A DNA stretch of 64,000 bases from an uncultured Gemmatimonadales bacterium (lineage in GTDB: Bacteria > Gemmatimonadota > Gemmatimonadetes > Gemmatimonadales > GWC2-71-9), in assembly GCA_963739455.1 (NCBI GenBank), contig CAVUAK010000003.1:416001-480000 (forward strand), written 5' to 3'. This document shows, piece by piece, positions 34,149 to 42,208 of this stretch. Both the position numbers and the translations under genes were made by a program. The stretch's first letter is position 1. Each line of letters begins with the position of its first letter. The notes under the pieces are model-generated. The model saw nothing but the letters and a program-made list of their open reading frames with translations, was not told where the DNA came from and did not search any database.

Positions 34149-34354
34149 GGCAAAAGTGCAAGCTGCTTCACAACGCTGGCCTGCAGGCACTGGGTGTGCT
34201 GACGTGATCGCCGCCTGTGGCCTTCGCGGAATGTCCGTAGCGTGTACCGCGATCGGAGTGAAAGCGCAGGACCTTGTCGGGCTCGAGTTAGCGGAAATTG
34301 GCAAGGGCCGTCGTGTGGTTGAGCACCATGCGCGGCGTCAGGCTACGCCAGCGA

Positions 34355-34837
34355 TCACGGCGCCAGCAGCGGCAGGAGTTTCTTCTCGATCTGTGACGGC
34401 GTGACCGCCGATCCGAATCGATCGAGCACCTCTCCGTCACGTCCCACCAGGAACTTGGTGAAGTTCCACTTGATCGCCTCGGAGCGCAGGACGCCCTTCT
34501 GGGCCGCCTTCAGGTACCGGTACAGTGGGTGCGCATCCGGGCCGTTCACCTCCACCTTGGCGAACATCGGGAAGGTCACGCCGTAGTTGACCGAGCAGAA
34601 TTCGCCGATCGCCGCCTCGTCACCCGGCTCCTGGTGCCCGAACTGGTCGCAAGGAAAGCCGAGCACCACGAGCCCCTGATCCTTGTAGCGCCGGTACAGC
34701 TGCTCGAGGCCAGCGTACTGCGGCGTGAATCCGCACTTGCTCGCGACGTTGACGATCAGGAGAAGGTGGCCGCGCCACTCTGCAAGCGAACGATTGGCGC
34801 CAGAGAGATCCAGCGCTGTGAAGTCAAAGGCATTCAT
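34355..34837 (-). CDS. gpx: Cys-type glutathione peroxidase-family protein
   Basis: NVASKCGFT, GFPCDQF, KWNFTKFLV. Confidence 0.96.
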   Translation of the reverse strand: MNAFDFTALDLSGANRSLAEWRGHLLLIVNVASKCGFTPQYAGLEQLYRRYKDQGLVVLGFPCDQFGHQEPGDEAAIGEFCSVNYGVTFPMFAKVEVNGPDAHPLYRYLKAAQKGVLRSEAIKWNFTKFLVGRDGEVLDRFGSAVTPSQIEKKLLPLLAP

Positions 34838-34856
34838 GCGCCAAAGGTAGCGGCAC

Positions 34857-36200
34857 TCAGGGGAATGGACGGGGACGTGGCTGCGGCCAGGGCCAGACAT
34901 CGATCTGCGAGCTGCCCGCGATACCCTGGATGGCGGCCTTCCGGATGGCGGGATCCTTCGACTGCAGCAACTGCGTCAGCTGCTCCGCCTTCTCCCCCGA
35001 GTGGATGAGTGCCCGAGCTCTGCCTTCTGCGCCTGCGAGTCCTGCTCCTTCGCCAGTGCCGTCCGCAGCGCCGGCAGGGCCGATGCGTCGCCGATCTCGC
35101 CCAGCGCCCACGCTGAGGCAGTCCGCACATCCTCGTCGCTCGAGGCCAGGCCGTCGATCAACCCCTTGGGCGCGGTCTTGAGATCGAGCTGGCCGAGCGC
35201 CCATGCCGACGTTGCGCGAACCCGCATGCTCTTGTCGCTCGCCACCGCCTGTCCCAGCTGCCTGCGCCGCGGACGCGGCACCGAGCTCTCCCAGGGCCCA
35301 CGCGGCAGTCTCGCGCACCTTCTCGCTCGGGTCGCTGGTAACGACACCCGCGAGGACGGTCGCCGCGCCCTTGTCCCCGATCTCGCCGAGCGCCCAGGCG
35401 CTCATCTCGCGAACCTGTTCGTCCTTGTCGTCCTGCACAGCCTGCGACAACGCACTCACGCTCTGCGGCGACTCGAGCTGCCCGAGTGCCCAGGCCGTCG
35501 TGAGACGCACTGACGCGTCGGCGTCCTGGCGCAGGATCTTGAGCAGGGCAGGCACGGCACCGACCGAGTCCATCTGGCCCAGCGCGCCCGCCGCGGCCTG
35601 GCGCACCACGGCGTAGTTGTCGGTCAGCGCGTGGGTCACCGGTGGTACGGCACGACCATCGCCGATGCGCCCCAGTGCCCATGCCGAGTTGGCCCGGACG
35701 CCTGGGGAGGAGTCCTTGAGGTGGGAGATCAACGGATCCACAGCACTCTTCGGTTCAACCAGCCCGATCCCGAACGCCGCGAGCTCGCGAATTGACGAGT
35801 CCGCCGACGCCAGGCGCTGCACGAAGCCGGTCGCCACCTGGCTCTCTTCCGCGCCCGCCAGCAACCGCACCCCGAGCTCGCGCACGCACGCATCATCGAT
35901 CTGCAGGCTCTCGAACAGGTAGTTCACGTCCGCCGTGGAGACGCTGTCCCTCCCCCTCCGGTCTCGACGCTCTCGCGGCTGCCGCACCGGCGCGAGCGGA
36001 GTCACCGGCGCATCGGTCCACCGTCCCCAGCCGTAGTTGCCCACCGCCGCCACGGCGAGGGAACAGAGGGGCGGCGGGGCGTTGCGCGCCGCCGCCATGA
36101 GCTGATGGATGTCCTGGTCGCCGGGGCGACCTGCAGCCGGCGGTTCATTCACCCGGGCGATCGCGACGGCCAGAAGGGTGAGGGCAATGCTGCGCAGCAT
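34857..36200 (-). CDS. Exported HEAT-repeat protein (2 apparent frameshifts)
   Basis: Signal peptide; repeated D...VR..AAWALG units; ends WPWPQPRPRPFP. Confidence 0.88.
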   Translation of the reverse strand: MLRSIALTLLAVAIARVNEPPAAGRPGDQDIHQLMAAARNAPPPLCSLAVAAVGNYGWGRWTDAPVTPLAPVRQPRERRDRRGRDSVSTADVNYLFESLQIDDACVRELGVRLLAGAEESQVATGFVQRLASADSSIRELAAFGIGLVEPKSAVDPLISHLKDSSPGVRANSAWALGRIGDGRAVPPVTHALTDNYAVVRQAAAGALGQMDSVGAVPALLKILRQDADASVRLTTAWALGQLESPQSVSALSQAVQDDKDEQVREMSAWALGEIGDKGAATVLAGVVTSDPSEKVRETAAWALGELGAASAAQAAGTGGGERQEHAGSRNVGMGARPARSQDRAQGVDRRPGLERRGCADCLSVGAGRDRRRIGPAGAADGTGEGAGLAGAEGRARALIHSGEKAEQLTQLLQSKDPAIRKAAIQGIAGSSQIDVWPWPQPRPRPFP

Positions 36201-36234
36201 ATCGGCTCCTGACATGGTCATTCGCTGGTTACGT

Positions 36235-36252
36235 ATGGTGAAAAATCAGCAC
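36235..36252. promoter_or_regulatory. Putative BlaI-family operator, copy 2
   Basis: ATGGTGAAAAATCAGCAC; 15/18 match to the reverse complement of 38724-38741. Confidence 0.6.
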
Positions 36253-36263
36253 TTCATTCCCTG

Positions 36264-36303
36264 AAAAAGGGCGTCGCGGATGAGCACCATCGCACGACGC
36301 CCT
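36264..36303 (-). terminator. Probable terminator after the M56-HEAT gene
   Basis: AGGGCGTCG...CGACGCCCT stem with T-run on the minus strand. Confidence 0.65.
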
Positions 36304-36320
36304 GTGCCCTGGGCAACCGC

Positions 36321-38306
36321 TCAGGGCGAGACGCTTGGAAATGGCCGCGGCCGGGGCTGCGGGTTGGGCCACGGTCCGCCGGCATGTCCCCCGGCGAGCG
36401 CTGTTACCGCCGCGTTGCGAATGCGCGCATCGGGCGAGCTGACCAGGCGCGAGAGCGCATCAACCGATGCTTCGCCGGTGGCGCCGATGGCACGGATGAG
36501 GTCCGCCTGGATGTCGGGGTCCGTCTCTTTCGCGAAAGCTGCCTCGAGTGCCGGAAGCGTGGAAGCATCCTGGATGTTGAAGAGTGCCCACGCCGCGGAG
36601 CGGCGCACGTTCACGTCGGGATCCGACAGCGCCTTTACCAGTGACGCCGGCGCCTTCTGCGGTTCGCAGTTGCCGATACCCCACGCCGCCGTCGCCCGAA
36701 CGTTGGCGTCCGGGCTGCTCATCGCTGCCGCAAGGACGTCCACCGACGACGGGTCTCCCATGGAGCCCAGGGCCCAGACCGCCGTCGCCTTGAGCTTCAG
36801 GTTGCCATCCTGCTGAACTGCCTTGGCCAGTGCCTGCACGACCGCAGGGCTCCGGTTGGCACCGGCGAGGGCCCATGCCGCCATGTCCCGGACGGACTCG
36901 TCACTGTCACCGTTGAGCGCTGCTACCAGAGCCTCAGATGCGACGGCCTCTTCGGCGTACTGCGCCAGGCCCCACGCAGCGGTACGACGCACGGACGCAT
37001 CTGAGTCGGTGCGGAGCGCCTTGGCGAGTACGGTGGCGCGCTGGTCGTCGGTGCTGTCGCTGGCTGACTGCCTCTGCGCAGCCGCACCGGCCATCACCTG
37101 CGACGTTGCCGCGACCACTGACTGCACGTTGCTGACATCGACCTTGGTCGCTTGCCTGGTGTCGATCCTGATCTTCGTGACCGGTTCGGCCTTGATGTCG
37201 CTGGTGACAGCTTCCGGCACCGGAGCCAACGGAGCTTCCGGTATCGCCTGTGCCACGGTTGTGAGGGGCACGCGCTCCACTGGCATCGCACCACCCACGA
37301 CCACCGCCAGCAACAACAGTGACGATACGAGGAGCGCCGTTCCCAGCCGGCCCATGCCCTTGCGGCGCAGTTCCGGGTTGAGGATAGCCAGCATCCGCCC
37401 CTCGAATTCCTTGCGATGCGCCAGTGCCAGCGCGATCGATGGGGTCGCATGGTCGCGCACGCAGGTGACGATGTCGAGCAGGTGCTCGGCGTATTCGCTT
37501 GGACGGGTACCGAACGCCAGCGCCAGGTCGTCGCAGGCCCGCTCACTCTCGGCGCGCAGGTGTCGCGCGGCGGTCCACACCAGCGGATGGAACCAGTACA
37601 GGGCGCACGCAATACGGCCAAGCGTATGCCCCACAAGATCGTGCCGGCGCACATGACCCAGCTCGTGGATCAGCACCGCCGTGCGCCGCTCGGCGGTCCA
37701 CTCGTCGCTTGACGCTGGCAGCACGATGGTTGGCGTCATCAGGCCGGCCGCGAACGGCATCTTCACGCTGTCGCTGCGCAGCAGGCGAGGGGCCGCGTCG
37801 AGTCCAAGACGATCGGCGATCTCGTAGAGCGAGGCCTGCCACGCCGGATCAGTGAGCGCGCCGGCCCGGCGCACGATGCGTCGCACCTGGAACGCACCCC
37901 AGGCCAGCCAGGCAAGAAGCACCAGGGCGACGGAGGCCCATACGGTGAGCAGCAGGCCGAGCACCGTCCAGCCAGCTGGCAAGGAAGCGGTGCCACGGGT
38001 GGCCTGCGTTACTTCTGAGAGTGGTGCAACAGCATCGGCAACCGACTGAACTGCTGTCGACTGCTGACTCCCTGCCGACTGCCGACGGCCGACTGCCGAC
38101 ACCTCAACCGCTGGCAACACTCGAAGCTCGAGCGGTGCCCAGGCCCCAAGCGCAGGAAGTACGAGCAATGCACCGAGCGCCACGAGCCATACCACATGCC
38201 GCGACCGCGCCGAGGCTCGCTGCATCGCGAGCGTGGCGAAGAGGGCGATGAGCAGGAGGCAGGTCGCCTTGAGCAGCACCAGGATGATCGACAGGCTTGT
38301 TGCCAT
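36321..38306 (-). CDS. BlaR1/M56 membrane metallopeptidase fused to HEAT repeats
   Basis: IHELGHVRRHD, YWFHPLVW, ESERACDD; C-terminal HEAT repeats; ends PWPNPQPRPRPFPSVSP. Confidence 0.93.
   Translation of the reverse strand: MATSLSIILVLLKATCLLLIALFATLAMQRASARSRHVVWLVALGALLVLPALGAWAPLELRVLPAVEVSAVGRRQSAGSQQSTAVQSVADAVAPLSEVTQATRGTASLPAGWTVLGLLLTVWASVALVLLAWLAWGAFQVRRIVRRAGALTDPAWQASLYEIADRLGLDAAPRLLRSDSVKMPFAAGLMTPTIVLPASSDEWTAERRTAVLIHELGHVRRHDLVGHTLGRIACALYWFHPLVWTAARHLRAESERACDDLALAFGTRPSEYAEHLLDIVTCVRDHATPSIALALAHRKEFEGRMLAILNPELRRKGMGRLGTALLVSSLLLLAVVVGGAMPVERVPLTTVAQAIPEAPLAPVPEAVTSDIKAEPVTKIRIDTRQATKVDVSNVQSVVAATSQVMAGAAAQRQSASDSTDDQRATVLAKALRTDSDASVRRTAAWGLAQYAEEAVASEALVAALNGDSDESVRDMAAWALAGANRSPAVVQALAKAVQQDGNLKLKATAVWALGSMGDPSSVDVLAAAMSSPDANVRATAAWGIGNCEPQKAPASLVKALSDPDVNVRRSAAWALFNIQDASTLPALEAAFAKETDPDIQADLIRAIGATGEASVDALSRLVSSPDARIRNAAVTALAGGHAGGPWPNPQPRPRPFPSVSP
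38041..38100. repeat. Imperfect 7-nt tandem repeat (GCCGACT) inside the M56 gene
   Basis: gtcgact gctgact ... gccgact gccgacg gccgact gccgac. Confidence 0.7.
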
Positions 38307-38315
38307 GATTGTCCC

Positions 38316-38723
38316 CTACTTCTCGCTCCGCCGGGCGCGGCGGATGGTGTCACGGAGCCGCTCGATGTCGGCCTCGCTCAAGTTCGTGTCGGAAAGCCGG
38401 AGCAACGCGGTCATCGCCTGTTCGGTGGATCCGGCGAAGTACGTGCTCACCACATGCTCCAGCACGTCCTCCCGCGCCTTCTCTGTCGGCTTGGCGGTGA
38501 AGTACACGTAGCGGGGTCCATCTTCCTTGTGACCGATCAGCTTCTTCTCCCCCAGGATCCGGAGGATCGACCGGACGGCGGAGTAGGTCGGCGGGTCTGG
38601 CATGGCCTGCATGATTTCCGACACCGTCGATTCGCCTCGCCGGTGCAGGATGTCCATGACCTGCCGCTCGCGGCGACTCAGGTCATCAGTGGGTGCGCGG
38701 TCAGCGCGAGGGCCTTTTGTCAT
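38316..38723 (-). CDS. BlaI/MecI/CopY-family repressor
   Basis: LSRRERQVMDIL..PPTYSAVRSILRIL..GPRYVY..YFAGS. Confidence 0.95.
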   Translation of the reverse strand: MTKGPRADRAPTDDLSRRERQVMDILHRRGESTVSEIMQAMPDPPTYSAVRSILRILGEKKLIGHKEDGPRYVYFTAKPTEKAREDVLEHVVSTYFAGSTEQAMTALLRLSDTNLSEADIERLRDTIRRARRSEK

Positions 38724-38758
38724 GTGCTGATATTTCAACACTAGGGACAAAAAGTCAA
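38724..38758 (-). promoter_or_regulatory. Sigma70-like promoter overlapped by a palindromic operator; leaderless transcript likely
   Basis: Minus strand TTGACT-N17-AAATAT-N6-ATG; operator GTGTTGA-AATA-TCAGCAC at 38724-38741. Confidence 0.65.
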
Positions 38759-38920
38759 GGGTAGGACAGAATGGCCCGGATTATTGGGCCGAGTGAAACA
38801 CTGCAATCGAAGGTCTGGCGCAAGGCGCACGAGGCAGCAACAATTCACGCGCTCCACCTGCTTAAATGGCCAGCTGCTCCAGCGCCTAGCAGGGTCCTCA
38901 TGGTGATCGGCTGCAGGTTG

Positions 38921-40294
38921 ATGAGATTGCGGGTTCCATGTGCAGTACTGCTGACATTGCTCCTCGCGCGCGCCGCACATGCGCAGCAGCCGACTCCTGC
39001 CGCAACGGATTCGCTCGCGCGCGCGCTGAGCGCGATCACTGCGCGTCTCGACTCGCTCGAGGGCGGCGGCTGTCCGAGCGGTCCCGCCATCGTACTCCCG
39101 CAGGCACCGGCTGGCGATCCCCGCACTGACTCGCTCGCCGCCGGGCTGACGCAGATCAACCAGCGGCTCGAGCGCATGGTGGCTGCGCGATGTGGTGTCG
39201 CAGCGGCGGCACCCGCCGACAGCGGATCCGACGACCTTGCCGCGCTTCGTGCCGCCGCCGCCGAGGCATCGGGCACGCCGACGGCCGCCGCTGCTGCCGA
39301 TACCGCTGCCAAGCCAACCGAGTTCGTCGGTCGTCAGCGCAACGCCTCGGCAATGAACCCGGAGATCAGCGCCACCGGGGATATCCGCTTCGAGTTCCCC
39401 GAGCACGAGGCGGTGCAGGTGATCCCGCGCGAGTTCGAGCTCGCCTTCCAGGCCACGCTCGACCCCTACTCGGCCACCAAGATCTTCGTGTCGTTCGAGG
39501 ACGGTGAGGTGAGTATCGAGGAGGGCTACATCTACTGGACCGGGCTGCCGGCACACCTCAGGGTGGATGCTGGTGTCTTCCGCCAGGAAGTGGGCGAGCT
39601 CAATCGCTGGCACCTGCATGCGCTGCCGGAGTCGGAGTACCCGCTCGTCTATCGCACCTACCTGGGTAGTGACGGCCTGGATGGCGTCGGTCTCTCCATC
39701 TACAGCGCGCTGCCATTCTCCATTGCCCACGGCACCCACGAAGCCTGGCTCCAGGGCACGTCGGTGTCGAGCGACCCGCTCTACGCCGGCGAGCGCCGAC
39801 CGACACTTCTCGGGCGACTCAAGAACTTCTGGCAATTGAATCGCAGCACGTACGTGCAACTGGGCTTCACCGGGCTGGGTGGTGCCACCTCCGGTGATAC
39901 CCTGGCGAGCCGGGTGCTTGGTGCCGATTTCCGCCTCACCTGGCGCCCGCCCAATGCCGGCACCCGACAGGACCTGACCCTGCGAGTTGAAGGGTACCAG
40001 TTCCACGCCAACGAACTCGGTACGAGCACCGACCGCTACGGCATGTATGCTGCCGTCAACTACAAGGCGAGCCGCCGGTGGGTGCTCGGACTGCGGTACG
40101 ACTACGTGCAGGCGCCGCGGGGTCCGTACTCGACGGTATGGGGACTGACCCCGACATTGACGTGGTGGCAGAGCGAGTTCGTCTTTCTCCGCCTGGAAAA
40201 CGACTACCGAAGTGACAGTGTGCTCGGTTCCGAGAACCTGGCGCTCCTGCAGGTGGTCTGGGCGCTCGGGCCACACAAACACGAGACCTACTAA
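38921..40294 (+). CDS. Outer-membrane beta-barrel protein linked to metal uptake
   Basis: Signal peptide, coiled-coil linker, NPEIS, ELAFQATLDPY, IEEGY, LNRWHLH; His-containing end GPHKHETY. Confidence 0.75.
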   Translation: MRLRVPCAVLLTLLLARAAHAQQPTPAATDSLARALSAITARLDSLEGGGCPSGPAIVLPQAPAGDPRTDSLAAGLTQINQRLERMVAARCGVAAAAPADSGSDDLAALRAAAAEASGTPTAAAAADTAAKPTEFVGRQRNASAMNPEISATGDIRFEFPEHEAVQVIPREFELAFQATLDPYSATKIFVSFEDGEVSIEEGYIYWTGLPAHLRVDAGVFRQEVGELNRWHLHALPESEYPLVYRTYLGSDGLDGVGLSIYSALPFSIAHGTHEAWLQGTSVSSDPLYAGERRPTLLGRLKNFWQLNRSTYVQLGFTGLGGATSGDTLASRVLGADFRLTWRPPNAGTRQDLTLRVEGYQFHANELGTSTDRYGMYAAVNYKASRRWVLGLRYDYVQAPRGPYSTVWGLTPTLTWWQSEFVFLRLENDYRSDSVLGSENLALLQVVWALGPHKHETY

Positions 40295-40304
40295 GGATGG
40301 ATCG

Positions 40305-41336
40305 ATGCTGATTGCGGCCTTCATGCTCCTGGCGAGTGTCACCGGTACTCCACCCGGTGCTGCCCCACTCAAGATTGTCACCAGTCTCACCACCTACGGC
40401 GCCATTGCCCGGGAGATTGTGGGTGACAAGGGCACCGTTACCTCGATCGCGCAGGGCGATGAAGACCCGCATTTTGTGCAGCCCAAGCCGAGCTTCGTGG
40501 CGGCGCTGCGCGACGCCGACCTCTTCGTCACGACAGGCCTCGACCTGGAGCTCTGGGTGCCACCGCTGCTCGACCGCGCCGGCAACCGGAAGATTTCTGA
40601 GGGCGGGCCCGGCTACGTCACTGCCTATACCGGGATCACGCTGCTCGAGGTACCAACGTCGCTCGACCGTGCCGGTGGAGACATTCACGCCGACGGCAAC
40701 CCGCACATCCACACCGATCCCATCAACGGGATCATCATCGCGCGCAATATCCTTACGGGCCTTACCCGCGTGTCACCGGAGAATGCGCCGTACTTCACCG
40801 CGCGCGAGCAGGATTTCGAGAAGCGGGTGCTCACGGCAACCGTCGGTGCGGACCTGGTAACCGTGCTCACGCAACCGACGGTGTACGACCTGCTGCACAG
40901 CAACAAGTTCCTCGATTTCATTGCCGCGACGAAGTACCAGGGCAAGCCGCTGTCCGACCGGCTGGGCGGGTGGCTCAAGCAGGGTGAGGGGTTCCGGGGG
41001 AAGGAAATGGCCTGCTATCACAAGGAATGGGCCTACTTCAGCCAGCGGTTCAAGGTGGTGTGCGCTGACTACATCGAGGCCAAGCCGGGCATTCCGCCGA
41101 CTCCCGGCCACGTGCAGGAGATCATTGCGCTGATGAAGGAGCGGAAGATCACCGTGCTTTTCGCCTCGAACTACTTCAGCAAGAGCCAGATCGAGCAGGT
41201 GGCACAGCGCACCGGCGCTACCGCTGTGATCGTCGCGGAAAACACTGACGGCGCACCCGGCATCGTCACTTACTTCGACCTCATCAATTCGTGGGTGAGC
41301 GGCCTGGCCAGCGCCTTTGCCGCCGGAGCGCACTGA
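40305..41336 (+). CDS. ZnuA/TroA-family metal-binding protein
   Basis: EDPHF, GNPHIHTDP, YHKEWAYF, KPGIPPTPGH. Confidence 0.92.
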   Translation: MLIAAFMLLASVTGTPPGAAPLKIVTSLTTYGAIAREIVGDKGTVTSIAQGDEDPHFVQPKPSFVAALRDADLFVTTGLDLELWVPPLLDRAGNRKISEGGPGYVTAYTGITLLEVPTSLDRAGGDIHADGNPHIHTDPINGIIIARNILTGLTRVSPENAPYFTAREQDFEKRVLTATVGADLVTVLTQPTVYDLLHSNKFLDFIAATKYQGKPLSDRLGGWLKQGEGFRGKEMACYHKEWAYFSQRFKVVCADYIEAKPGIPPTPGHVQEIIALMKERKITVLFASNYFSKSQIEQVAQRTGATAVIVAENTDGAPGIVTYFDLINSWVSGLASAFAAGAH

Positions 41337-42175
41337 TGGACCTGAGCCTCTTCCTGCCGCCGCTGGTCGCGTGCCTCATCATCGTGGCGATTCACTCCTA
41401 TCTCGGACTCCACGTGCTGGCGCGCGAGGTCATCTTCGTTGACCTCTCCCTGGCCCAGATGGCGGCGCTCGGTTCGGCGGTGGCCGTACTGGTCGGCACC
41501 GCGCCCGATTCGCCGCGCGGGTTCCTCTATCTCCCTGGGCTTTACCACCATCGGTGCAGCGCTCTTCGCCGCGACGCGAAGCAACGGCAAGGGCCGGGTG
41601 CCGCACGAGGCCATCATCGGCATCGTGTTCGTCGTGGCGTCAGCCGCGGCAATCCTGGTGGCCGATCATACGGCGCGGGGCGGGGAAGCGATCAAGGACA
41701 TCCTGGTGGGCAGCCTGCTCTGGGTCACCTGGCCGACGATCATCCGGCTCGCCGCCGTGTACGCGCGATCGGGGTGTTCCACTGGGTTCTGCGCCGCCGG
41801 TTTCTCACCATCTCATTCAAGCCCGAGGTCGCGGTAACAGAGGGCTGGAACCTCAAGCTCTGGGATTTCTGGTTCTATCTCTCGTTCGGCGTGGTGATCA
41901 CCTTTTCCGTGCCGATCGTCGGCGTGTTGCTCGTTTTCTCGTTCCTGGTTGTCCCTGCTGCCATTGCCTTCCAGTTCACCCAGCGGCTCGGAATGCTGGC
42001 TGTCCTGGCGTGGATCGCCGGTGTCGTCGCTTCGGCGACCGGGCTCTGGATTTCCTTCCGATTCGACCAGCCCACGGGGCCGGTCATTGTATGCGTGTTC
42101 GGGTTGCTGTTACTCGTGGTGTCGGTGGTGCGCCGGATGGCTGTGAAGGGTTCAGGGTTGAGGGTTGAGGGTTGA
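41336..42175 (+). CDS. ZnuB/ABC-3-family metal permease (2 apparent frameshifts)
   Basis: GLHVLAREVIFVDLSLAQMAALG, EAIIG, GVLLVFSFLVVPA, PTGPVIV. Confidence 0.9.
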   Translation: MDLSLFLPPLVACLIIVAIHSYLGLHVLAREVIFVDLSLAQMAALGSAVAVLVGTAPDSPRGFLYLPGLYHHRCSALRRDAKQRQGPGAARGHHRHRVRRGVSRGNPGGRSYGAGRGSDQGHPGGQPALGHLADDHPARRRVRAIGVFHWVLRRRFLTISFKPEVAVTEGWNLKLWDFWFYLSFGVVITFSVPIVGVLLVFSFLVVPAAIAFQFTQRLGMLAVLAWIAGVVASATGLWISFRFDQPTGPVIVCVFGLLLLVVSVVRRMAVKGSGLRVEG

Positions 42176-42207
42176 AGACCCTTAACGCTCAAGCTGAACC
42201 CTGAACC
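42147..42207. repeat. Heptamer-periodic inverted repeat at a convergent junction
   Basis: (AGGGTTS)x4 followed by complementary CTKAACS-type units. Confidence 0.75.
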
Positions 42208-42208
42208 G

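Noticed and set aside
36321..38723. Beta-lactam resistance locus
   Set aside because: No penicillin-binding sensor domain or beta-lactamase
38770..38920. Zur/Fur box upstream of the metal uptake operon
   Set aside because: No convincing palindrome found
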